A stretch of 64,000 nucleotides of DNA from an uncultured Rivularia sp. (GTDB taxonomy: Bacteria; Cyanobacteriota; Cyanobacteriia; Cyanobacteriales; Nostocaceae). Positions 1 to 8,659 of the stretch are shown piece after piece (positions within the stretch are counted from its first letter, which is position 1; each line of letters starts with the position of its first letter). The DNA is taken from NCBI GenBank assembly GCA_963665115.1, contig OY762007.1:8192001-8256000 (forward strand). The letters are read 5' to 3'. A program made the translations under genes and the position numbers. The notes below the pieces were generated by a model that did no database searches, had not been told where the DNA came from, and was given only the letters and a program-made list of their open reading frames with translations.

Positions 1-1035
1 TAAAATAATTCCCTGAGTATCTTGATATGCTTTGATATTTACCGCTTTTGCAAAAGCGTGTTTTTGAATATTGGTAACTGCTTCTTGCACAATACAATAC
101 AGTTGATGACTAGTTTGACTTGGTAATTGCGGTAATTTTGAATCTAAATTAATTTTAAATGATTGATTGCGTCCAACTTGTTCTATCAAAGTCGCTAAAG
201 CTTGATTAAGATTAAAATTTATTTGACGTATTGACTGTACCGAATTTCTGATTTTTGTTAAACACTCACTTGATAAGTCTTTGGCAATATTTAAAGAATT
301 AACTGCTTTATTTGGATCTTTATCGTATAACCTTTGAGCAAGTTCTAATTGTATATCTAATGTTGTGAGAGAATGACCTAAAGAATCATGAATTTCACGA
401 GCAATGCGACTGCGTTCTAAACTAGCTGCCAAGGTTTCTATCTGCTGTGTCAATGCTTCTGCTTTTTGACGACTTTTTTGTTCTGCTACTATCACAAAGC
501 AAAATAAAAGCACAAATATGCTGACTGTAAGATAGTCCCCAGTATTTTCAATAATTGCTCTACTAATAATTAAATTAGTATTATCTAATTCAGCAATAAT
601 TTGAGTTAAATTGGCGCGATTAAATTCAATTAATCTAGGTAAACTAAAAGCTATAATAAAATTCCAAACTATTCCTAATACAATTGTAGTAAATACTACT
701 TCTTTACGTTTTAATAAAAAGCAGCTTTTAACAAGTATAAAGTAAAGAGATATATGAAAATAGATTCCTAATGAGGCAGGAATCATAATTGCTAATATTT
801 CTAACAAAATATAAGCTCTTCTTTGCCAAATAGGACGATTAATTGGAAATAGAAAGCTTAAGGCTGCTAATATAATTAATTGAGCTAATCTTACATAAGT
901 AGGTATTGGTAGAGAAGAATAATTAGTTTCACTACGATTTAAGAGAAAAAGCAAGAAGTATACAATTAAAATCGACCATTCTACATAACAGATGGTACGA
1001 CGGATAGATGAAGAATGTTTTAGGTTGAAATCCAT
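1..1035 (-). CDS. Membrane sensor histidine kinase, HisKA_3 (NarX/ComP-like) type; C-terminus runs off the window
   Basis: Not in the ORF track. Manual translation from ATG at 1035: MDFNLKHSS..., several TM helices, H-box ERSRIAREIHDSLGHSLT, N-box IVQEAVTNIQKHA. Confidence 0.9.
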   Translation of the reverse strand, partial: MDFNLKHSSSIRRTICYVEWSILIVYFLLFLLNRSETNYSSLPIPTYVRLAQLIILAALSFLFPINRPIWQRRAYILLEILAIMIPASLGIYFHISLYFILVKSCFLLKRKEVVFTTIVLGIVWNFIIAFSLPRLIEFNRANLTQIIAELDNTNLIISRAIIENTGDYLTVSIFVLLFCFVIVAEQKSRQKAEALTQQIETLAASLERSRIAREIHDSLGHSLTTLDIQLELAQRLYDKDPNKAVNSLNIAKDLSSECLTKIRNSVQSIRQINFNLNQALATLIEQVGRNQSFKINLDSKLPQLPSQTSHQLYCIVQEAVTNIQKHAFAKAVNIKAYQDTQGIIL

Positions 1036-1105
1036 GATATTAAAACGACTACAACTTAAGTAATTTATCTAATAAATATCATCATTTACAAGATAAATTT
1101 GCAAC

Positions 1106-1141
1106 ATGACTATAGTCATATATATGCATGACTATAGTTAA
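1106..1141. promoter_or_regulatory. Tandem palindromic operator-like sites ATGACTATAGTCAT / ATGACTATAGTTAA
   Basis: Perfect 14-bp palindrome at 1106-1119 and a near copy at 1128-1141, 22 bp apart, between the divergent kinase and Omp85 genes. Confidence 0.6.
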
Positions 1142-1274
1142 TATCGGCATAAAATTTTCTTAGCTAATCTATTGTTAGCTGTTATCAAACAAAAATTAAT
1201 TAACAGCAAAATCTCAACGCTAGCTTTGCAAAAAAAGATTGTAGTTAAACTATTAATTATTGGGAAATAAATCA

Positions 1275-3204
1275 ATGAACAAAATATCTACTTTTAGTAT
1301 TTGTATTGCAGCAGCTAGCATTCTTGGTTTCGTTAATCTTCCGATAGTTCAAGCTCAAACTCCCGATTCACAAAATACACTACAAAAACAATCAGAAACA
1401 CAAGTGTTAGTTTCAGAAGTTACGGTTGATGGTGTAGAAGGAAATTTAGAACAAATCGTTTCTCAAGCAATTCAAACTCAAGCTGGAAAAACAATTACTC
1501 GCGCTCAATTACAGCAAGATATTAATGCCATATTTAGTACGGGCTATTTTGCAAATGTAAGAGTTGTTCCGGAAGAGACAACCGCAGGAGTTCGGATTAA
1601 ATTTGTTGTTGAACCTAACCCGGTTTTACGTGCGGTAAAGGTACAAAGCGATCGAGTATTACCTCAAGAAGTTGTAAATCAAAGCTTTAACACACAATAT
1701 GGTCAAATTCTTAATTTAAAACAATTTCAGACAGGAGTACAAAAGTTAAATAAATGGTATCAAGATAACGGTTATGTTTTAGCGCAGGTGATAGATTCTC
1801 CTAAAATTAATTCTGATGGAACTGTTATTTTGCAAGTAGCAGAAGGTGTAATAGAAGATATTAAAATACAGTTTGTCGATCCAGAGGGAGAAGAAACCAA
1901 AGGAAAGACGAAAAAATATATTATTACCCGCGAAATGCAGTTGAAACCGGGAGAAATATTTAAAAGAGAACTTGCTCAAAAAGATTTACAACGAGTTTAT
2001 GGATTGGGAATTTTTCAGGATATTAACTTGAAACTTAATCCTGCTGAAGATCCACGCAAGGTAGTTTTAGTTGTAAACGTGACGGAAGGTAGGAATTTTA
2101 GTGTATCTCCCGGCGGGGGATATAGTTCTAAGAGTGGACTTTTTGCGGCTAGTAGTTTCAATCTGAGAAATTTAAACGGTAGAAACCAAAGATTGGGAGC
2201 AGATGTTGAGTTTAGTCAAAGAGATATCGGTTTTGATGTCAATTATACCGATCCTTGGATAGCAGGAGATCCATATCGTACATCCTATAACGTTAATGGT
2301 TTTAGAAAGCGGACTTTTTCTCAAATATTTGACGGAGGAGAAACAGAAGTAGAACTAGCAAATGGCGTTAAGCGAAGCTCACCGAAGGTATCGCCCCCGC
2401 GTGTTCAAAACTGGTGGTAATATTTCTTTCCGTCGCAATCTCAGTAAAAAAGTATTTGAGAAATCGGAATGGGTGGCGAGTGCTGGTTTGAAATATCAGC
2501 GAGTTGCAATTCGCGATTCCGACGGCGATATTAATGCAAAAGATGAATTAGGTAACGATTTGAGTTTTAGCGGTGACGGTACGGACGATTTATTAACAGT
2601 ACCTCTAAGATTGGTAAGGGATAAACGTAATAATTTATTAAGCCCTACCAAAGATTCTATTTTAAGTTTGAGTACCGAGCAATCAATTCCTATTGGTGAC
2701 GCAAGTATTTTATCTAATAAGTTAATTGGTAGCTACAGCTTTTATCTTCCCACTCGTTTAACCAAATTAACTAAAGGATGTCGTCAATCAAACGAAACAT
2801 CTCAGCAATGTCCGCAAGCATTTGCGTTTAATCTTCAAGGGGGAACCGTCATCGGCGATTTACCTCCCTACGAAGCATTTTCTTTAGGTGGCGCTAACTC
2901 AGTGCGAGGATTTGGCGAAGGTGAATTAGGAAGCGCTCGTAGTTTTCTTCAAGCATCAGCGGAATATCGTTTTCCAGTATTTTCTCTACTTAGCGGTGCG
3001 TTATTTTTCGATGCTGCCACTGATTTAGGTACAGCCGATAGCGTAACTGGTAATCCTGCTGGGGCACGAGATAAACCTGGGTTAGGCTTCGGCTATGGCT
3101 TGGGAATGCGCGTAAAATCTCCCTTGGGGCCGATTCGTTTGGACTACGGTTACAACAATGATGGAGAAAGCCGAGTTCAGTTTGGGATTGGGGAGAGGTT
3201 TTGA
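1275..3204 (+). CDS. Omp85/BamA-TamA family outer membrane protein (POTRA domains + beta-barrel); frame disrupted by a 22-nt insert at 2368-2389
   Basis: ORFs 1260-2420 and 2362-3204: signal peptide, POTRA repeats, VRGF motif, C-terminal FGIGERF. Removing 2368-2389 gives continuous ELANGDRPRVFKTGG. Confidence 0.9.
2365..2394. mobile_element. Very small dispersed repeat (SDR5-like) inserted in a HIP1 site
   Basis: GCG|TTAAGCGAAGCTCACCGAAGGT|ATCGC; excision regenerates GCGATCGC and the reading frame. Confidence 0.75.
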
Positions 3205-3208
3205 AATC

Positions 3209-3405
3209 TGGGGAGATGGGGAGACAAGGGGACATTATAAAAGTAGTAAGTAGTGAGTAGTGAGTAATAAGTAATAAGTAATAATTAGTGAGTGAAAATA
3301 GACGGGCAACTATGAGCGACATTTATGACAATGAGAATAAAAAGTGATCTAAGTGATTTAATTGCTACTCGCTACTCACTCCTAACTCCTAACTCCTAAC
3401 TCCTA
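3209..3405. repeat. Composite dispersed intergenic repeat with STRRs (copy 1; relatives at ~12948-13075 and ~28790-28980)
   Basis: Shared blocks GGGGACATTATAAAAGTAG...AAAATAGACGGGCA...CGACATTTAT...AAAAAGTGAT...TTGCTACTC. Confidence 0.75.
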
Positions 3406-3649
3406 AACCTCAATCCAAAATCCAAAATCTAAAATCCAAAATATTATTGTGGCGGTTTGTTTTTTTATAGACAAACTGCTTTTTGATTGTTAAACGAACA
3501 TTATGAGTTAAGATTGGTCGGTGAGATATGTTTGGAAAAAGTTAACCAATCTCTTGTAGGGTAGGGTTTTTATAGATTTTATGTATTCAAAAGAATAGGG
3601 AATTTAAGAAATCATTATTATTTACCTTTTTTTTATAGGGTCAAAATAT

Positions 3650-4792
3650 ATGCTAGAAAAATTATTTCGTCCGGCTCTTCAAGCAAATGAACCCTACGAA
3701 GAAGATTTTTATCACCATCCGGGAACGATACCAGGAACTCTTAATGAAGATAGAGACGCGCCACCTACAAAGGTTTCTTTAATTGACTTTAATGAAAACA
3801 AAGTTATTCCTAAACGAATTTCCAACCCAGAAGATTGTGCCATGTATCTAGATACTGAATCGGTGTCTTGGGTAGATGTGCAAGGCTTAGGTAATACAAA
3901 TATTTTGCAGCGAATTGGTAAAGTATTTGAACTACATCCTCTGGTTTTAGAAGACGTAGTAAACGTTCCAGAACGTCCGAAAATAGAGGATTACGTAGAT
4001 CAGTTGGTGATAATTTCTCGGATGGTGATGCCAACGGAAAAATCAGATGGTTTTCACAGCGAACAAGTAAGTTTTGTTTTAGGGAAAAATTATCTGCTTA
4101 CCGTACAGGAAGAACCCAGTCTTGATTGCTTTGACCCAGTACGCTTGAGAATTCGTAACAATAAAGGTATCATCCGCAAGCAGGGAGCTGATTATTTAGC
4201 TTATGCTCTTTTAGATGCAATCATTGATGGGTTTTTTCCCGTACTTGAAGATTATGGCGAACGCATTGAAGACTTAGAGGAGGAAGTAATATTAAATCCG
4301 ACTCGAAAAACACTGCAAAAAATTTATAGAATTAGGCGAGAATTGTTACAATTGCGCCGCGCTATATGGCCTCAACGTAGTGCCATAAATGCTTTGATTA
4401 GAGATAGTAACGAACTGATTAGTGATGAAGTAAGAATTTACCTCAGAGATTGTTACGATCATGCAGTGCAAGTGATGGATATGGTAGAAACTTATCGAGA
4501 ACTTGCATCGGGGCTGATGGACGTGTATCTTTCTGCAATAAGCAACAGAATGAATGAAATCATGAAGTTGCTCACGGTGTTTTCTTGGATTTTCTTACCT
4601 TTAACCTTTATTGCTGGGTTGTACGGGATGAATTTCGAGTATATGCCCGGTTTAAAAACACCTTGGGGCTTCTGGTTTTGTGTCGGCACAATGGTGGCGA
4701 TCGCAGTTGGTTTGTTAGTCTTTTTCCGGCGGAGTGGTTGGCTGGAAAGTCCTGCAAGTCTTAAAGATGTTCGAGGTGAGCGAAAATTTTAG
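3650..4792 (+). CDS. corA: Magnesium/cobalt transporter CorA
   Basis: GLYGMNF signature, two C-terminal TM helices, LHPLVLEDV motif. Confidence 0.95.
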   Translation: MLEKLFRPALQANEPYEEDFYHHPGTIPGTLNEDRDAPPTKVSLIDFNENKVIPKRISNPEDCAMYLDTESVSWVDVQGLGNTNILQRIGKVFELHPLVLEDVVNVPERPKIEDYVDQLVIISRMVMPTEKSDGFHSEQVSFVLGKNYLLTVQEEPSLDCFDPVRLRIRNNKGIIRKQGADYLAYALLDAIIDGFFPVLEDYGERIEDLEEEVILNPTRKTLQKIYRIRRELLQLRRAIWPQRSAINALIRDSNELISDEVRIYLRDCYDHAVQVMDMVETYRELASGLMDVYLSAISNRMNEIMKLLTVFSWIFLPLTFIAGLYGMNFEYMPGLKTPWGFWFCVGTMVAIAVGLLVFFRRSGWLESPASLKDVRGERKF

Positions 4793-4812
4793 AGGGGTAA
4801 CATAAACGAGAT

Positions 4813-5529
4813 ATGCAACAATCGACGAGTCCTAATTTACTTGCACTGACGCTTTATATGATCGGTGTCAGTTATACATTAAACTTAATGGTCGAATCAA
4901 TCGACGAACAAATTAAGTTTGTCTATGATAAAGCAACTGTTGACAAGCAGTTAAAAGAACAAGAACTTGATGATAAGGTTTCTATAGCTTTTAAACTTAA
5001 GCCTTCTTACGATATTGATGGTTTGAAAGATTTGCTAATTATCCTTAGCAATCAATCAGAGAATCTTGCAGTATATATTGATTGGGACAACTGTTCTTTT
5101 GTTGTAAAACACAAAAACATATCGCGTCGAGTCATTCGTAAATCACCCGACGTGTCAAGAGATTTAGGCGTACCTCAAAGCCCCAGTTTGGTTGCTCCCT
5201 CTCAAAAACTCATAGAAGGCATTACTACTGAAGATGTGTTTGCAAGAAATCTAGAAAAAGGAGTATATGAAGCCAACAAAGCTTTAGTCAATATAATTGG
5301 ACTTAAAGATAGTCCAGTAAGAGCGCAAAGAAAATTATACAAAAAATTTATCAGCAGAAGAGAACAGCTCGAATGTTCTCTACAATTAGTGCTGCGATTT
5401 TCAGAACTGCGTGTGGGATTAACCCCTGGTGAAAATGTTCCTCCCATGTCCATTATTACTTGTCCTTTTATAATTAGAAAACTTCCTTGGACTTATGCCT
5501 TACCTTGGAATAAAAAGAGAAAAAAATAA
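4813..5529 (+). CDS. Hypothetical protein with N-terminal hydrophobic segment
   Basis: 238-aa ORF starting 20 nt after corA on the same strand. Confidence 0.7.
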   Translation: MQQSTSPNLLALTLYMIGVSYTLNLMVESIDEQIKFVYDKATVDKQLKEQELDDKVSIAFKLKPSYDIDGLKDLLIILSNQSENLAVYIDWDNCSFVVKHKNISRRVIRKSPDVSRDLGVPQSPSLVAPSQKLIEGITTEDVFARNLEKGVYEANKALVNIIGLKDSPVRAQRKLYKKFISRREQLECSLQLVLRFSELRVGLTPGENVPPMSIITCPFIIRKLPWTYALPWNKKRKK

Positions 5530-5574
5530 TCATCATAAGTCAAAGCTAATATCAAAGCTAAACTAGAATGTTAT

Positions 5575-6027
5575 GAGAGAGTTGGCGAGGCGGTTGCAGG
5601 TTAGTTTGAAAAAAAAACTAATTTGAGGAAAGTCCGGGCTTCCGAAAGACCAAACTTGCTGGGTAACGCCCAGTGCGTGCGAGCGTGAGGATAGTGCCAC
5701 AGAAAAATACCGCCTTTTCAATGAACAATCAAAAATTATCAATCAACGGTGAAAACTGAAAACTGATAATTGAAAATTGACAATTGCAAAAGGTAAGGGT
5801 GCAAAGGTGAGGTAAGAGCTCACCAGCAGCATCGAGAGGTGCTGGCTCGGTAAACCCCGGTTGGAAGCAAGGTGAGAGGAGCTATGGTTGGTCTTTTACC
5901 AGTTCCGCTTTATGAGAGCCGCTTGAGGCGTTTGGCAACAAACGTCCCAGATAGATAACTGCCCTTGAGATTCGGAGAGAAATTTCCGCATTTTTTAGAA
6001 CAGAACCCGGCTTATGTCCGACTCTCT
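5575..6027 (+). ncRNA. rnpB: RNase P RNA (type A), with STRR-expanded P12
   Basis: Conserved GAGGAAAGTCCGGGCT, AGTGCCACAGAAAA, GGTAAACCCC, AGAACCCGGCTTA; terminal P1 pairing GAGAGTTGG/CCGACTCTC; lies upstream of rnc. Confidence 0.97.
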
Positions 6028-6226
6028 TCCACCTTTTTTGGAATTTTGGATTTTGCATTGAAATAGTTAGGAGTTAAAAGTTAAAAGTTAGAAGTTAGAA
6101 GTTAGAAGTTAAGAGTTATAAAATAAAAATATTTAACTAGCTATTAATATTATCAATCCCCCATTCCCAATCCCCAATCCCCAATCCCCAATCCCCAATT
6201 ACCAATTACCAATTACCAATTGATTG

Positions 6227-6938
6227 ATGTCTGTTATTTATCCGCGTCGTCAGCGACAACTTGAGAGTTTGATTAAAAAGCTGGGTTTATCAGTAAAAGC
6301 GCCTATTAAATGGGAATTGCTGGACTTGGCGCTGACTCATCCGTCTATTTCTGAGTCGGCTAATTACGAACAACTTGAGTTTGTTGGAGATGCGGTGGTA
6401 CGTTTGGTGGCTGCTCTGGTACTCTGGGAAGATTTTAATGACGCTCGCGTAGGAGATTTTGCTGCAATTCGTTCGGTATTAGTTAGCGATCGAATTCTTG
6501 CTCAATTAGCTGGCTCTTACGGTTTGGAGCTACATTTATTGGTTGCTGGTAGTGCTTACGGAGATAGAGCAGGGCAAGAATCTAGATTAGCCGATGCTTT
6601 TGAAGCAGTTTTGGGTGCGCTTTATTTAAGTACTAATAATTTGGAATTGATTCGCTCTTGGTTAGATCCTCATTTTAAACAACTCGCTACAGAAATTAGT
6701 TTAGATCCAGCAAGACAAAATTATAAAGCTGCTCTACAGGAATGGACTCAGGGAGAATATAAAACCTTACCTGAATATCGCGTGACTCAACTCGCTTCAC
6801 CTCAGCACGATCGCGAACGCTTCCAAGCTGAGGTTTGGCTGCACGATAAAAAATTAGGTTCAGGTAAGGGACGTTTCTATTAAAACTGCCGAGCAAGCTG
6901 CCGCGAAAATGGCTTTCATGGCAATTCAGCCTCAGTAA
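6227..6938 (+). CDS. rnc: Ribonuclease III (apparent +1 frameshift at TTT 6874-6876)
   Basis: NYEQLEFVGDAV, LADAFEAVLGA and a dsRBD. Deleting one T restores GKGRSIKTAEQAAAKMAF...PQ*. Confidence 0.93.
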
Positions 6939-7129
6939 TAATACTGCACTCAAATTGGTGTTTAATAAGCTATTGATTGTAAAGTTGTTATATATTTATA
7001 TTTTAGATTTATAAAGATTCTTCAGTCGTATTCTTTGATTAATTCCGATGGAATGTAGAGACGTTATACATAACGTCTCCCAACAATTTTGAGAAAAACG
7101 AATCCATAAAATTTAATGCAATCGATCGC

Positions 7130-7300
7130 TAGTACTTAACCACATCAATTTTGCTAGGTAAAACATTTGTAGTGGGAGCGTCTCGCTCCCTCGTTACAAC
7201 CAGCGAGCGAGACGTATGTCCTTGCGGACACACTGAGCCGCACTTCGTGAACGTTAACGCACTCCCGGATACCCATCAAAACTTATGTGGCGGAATACTA
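7130..7300. mobile_element. TA-flanked MITE (copy A), homologous to the inverted copy at 62336-62548
   Basis: Imperfect TIRs TAGTACTTAACCACAT...ATGTGGCGGAATACTA; internal GTAGTGGGAGCGTCTCGCTCCCTCGTTACAACCAGCGAGC is identical to the reverse complement of the 62.5-kb copy. Confidence 0.8.
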
Positions 7301-7301
7301 A

Positions 7302-7512
7302 TAGTTGATTGTATAAATTATGAAGGGTTCGTTTTCGACCTAACGTCGGGAGACGTAGCACTGCTACGTCTCTACAACCCATTAAAACAAATGAAAAGGA
7401 CTACTAATAGTTGATTGTATAAATTCTGAAGGGTTCGTTTTTCCCGTAACCTTCGGGAGACGTTATGTATAACGTCTCTACAACCCCTCAGAACTAATGA
7501 AAAGGAATACTA
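7302..7512. repeat. Tandem duplication of a ~105-bp MITE-like unit, each carrying a GAGACG...CGTCTCTAC palindrome
   Basis: Units 7302-7406 and 7408-7512 both begin TAGTTGATTGTATAAATT and end AATGAAAAGGA(C/A)TACTA. Confidence 0.85.
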
Positions 7513-7542
7513 ATTATCGCAACTAATAACTAATAACTAAGT

Positions 7543-8595
7543 ATGACTAATTCAATAAAAGTGGCTGTGGTTGGAGTTGGACGTTGGGGCGTTCATTTAT
7601 TGAGGAATTTTTTAGAGCATCCCCAGGTAGAAGTTGTGGCGGTAGTAGATCCAAATTCTGAATGCTTAGCGAAAGTAGAACGGCAATATGATTTAGGAAA
7701 AAATTCGGGAAAAAATGTTTTATTAACTACCGAATGGCAGAAACTTCAACAGCTATCTGAATTAAATGCGGTAGTAATTGCCACTCCTGCCGTTACCCAT
7801 TATTCCTTGATTAAGGATGCTTTAAATTGGGGATGTCATGTTTTAGCAGAAAAACCTCTAACTATTAACCCCTCAGAATGTCGCCAGTTATGTGAATTAG
7901 CCGAAAAACAGCAGTTGATTCTGATGGTGGATCACACCTACTTATTTCATCCAGTTGTAGAAAAAGGACAAGCAGTATTGCAAGACGGTGCTGTGGGAGA
8001 TTTACGCTACGGTTACGCGACTCGTACCCATTTAGGACCAGTACGCCAGGATGTTGATGCGCTATGGGATTTAGCTATTCACGATATAGCTATTTTTAAT
8101 AATTGGCTGGGTGAATTACCAGTCACTGCTCAAGCAACGGGTAAAGCTTGGCTACAACAACAAGCTCCTCATTCCCTATCCGATTTAGTCCAGGTAACGC
8201 TAACTTATCCCTCGGGTTTCCAAGCATTCATTCATCTATGTTGGCTCAATCCCGATAAGCAACGGCGTTTGGTAGTTGTAGGTAGTCAAGGTAGCTTAAT
8301 TTTCGATGAAATGTTAACGGATAAGCCTTTAACGTTAATGCAGGGTGAGTTTGAACGTCAGGAAAATCGCTTTATCCCTGTAAATCAACAGCAAAAAGCT
8401 TTAGAAATCGAAAAAGGGGAACCACTAAGACGAGTTTGCAACAGTTTTATTGAATGCATCGAGCAAAATACTCCGTCATCAATTTCATCAGGCTGGGTAG
8501 GTACGGAGCTAGTAGAAATTCTCACCGCTCTGACTCAATCCTTGGAAGCAGGAGGCGAAACTATTTCTATACAAAATAACGATAAACGGGAATAA
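7543..8595 (+). CDS. Gfo/Idh/MocA family oxidoreductase
   Basis: VGVGRWG Rossmann motif, HVLAEKP, DLAIHD. Confidence 0.92.
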   Translation: MTNSIKVAVVGVGRWGVHLLRNFLEHPQVEVVAVVDPNSECLAKVERQYDLGKNSGKNVLLTTEWQKLQQLSELNAVVIATPAVTHYSLIKDALNWGCHVLAEKPLTINPSECRQLCELAEKQQLILMVDHTYLFHPVVEKGQAVLQDGAVGDLRYGYATRTHLGPVRQDVDALWDLAIHDIAIFNNWLGELPVTAQATGKAWLQQQAPHSLSDLVQVTLTYPSGFQAFIHLCWLNPDKQRRLVVVGSQGSLIFDEMLTDKPLTLMQGEFERQENRFIPVNQQQKALEIEKGEPLRRVCNSFIECIEQNTPSSISSGWVGTELVEILTALTQSLEAGGETISIQNNDKRE

Positions 8596-8659
8596 AATTC
8601 TTGTGGGATGGAGAGCAGCGCGTTACTGGCATTACACTTAATCGCAAACCGCTATATTG

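Noticed and set aside
7151..7414. 87-aa ORF
   Set aside because: Lies entirely within MITE/REP repeats, has a TTG start and no recognisable protein features.
7302..7512. Repeat-spacer-like pattern as CRISPR
   Set aside because: It is a whole-unit tandem duplication of ~105 bp with only two copies.
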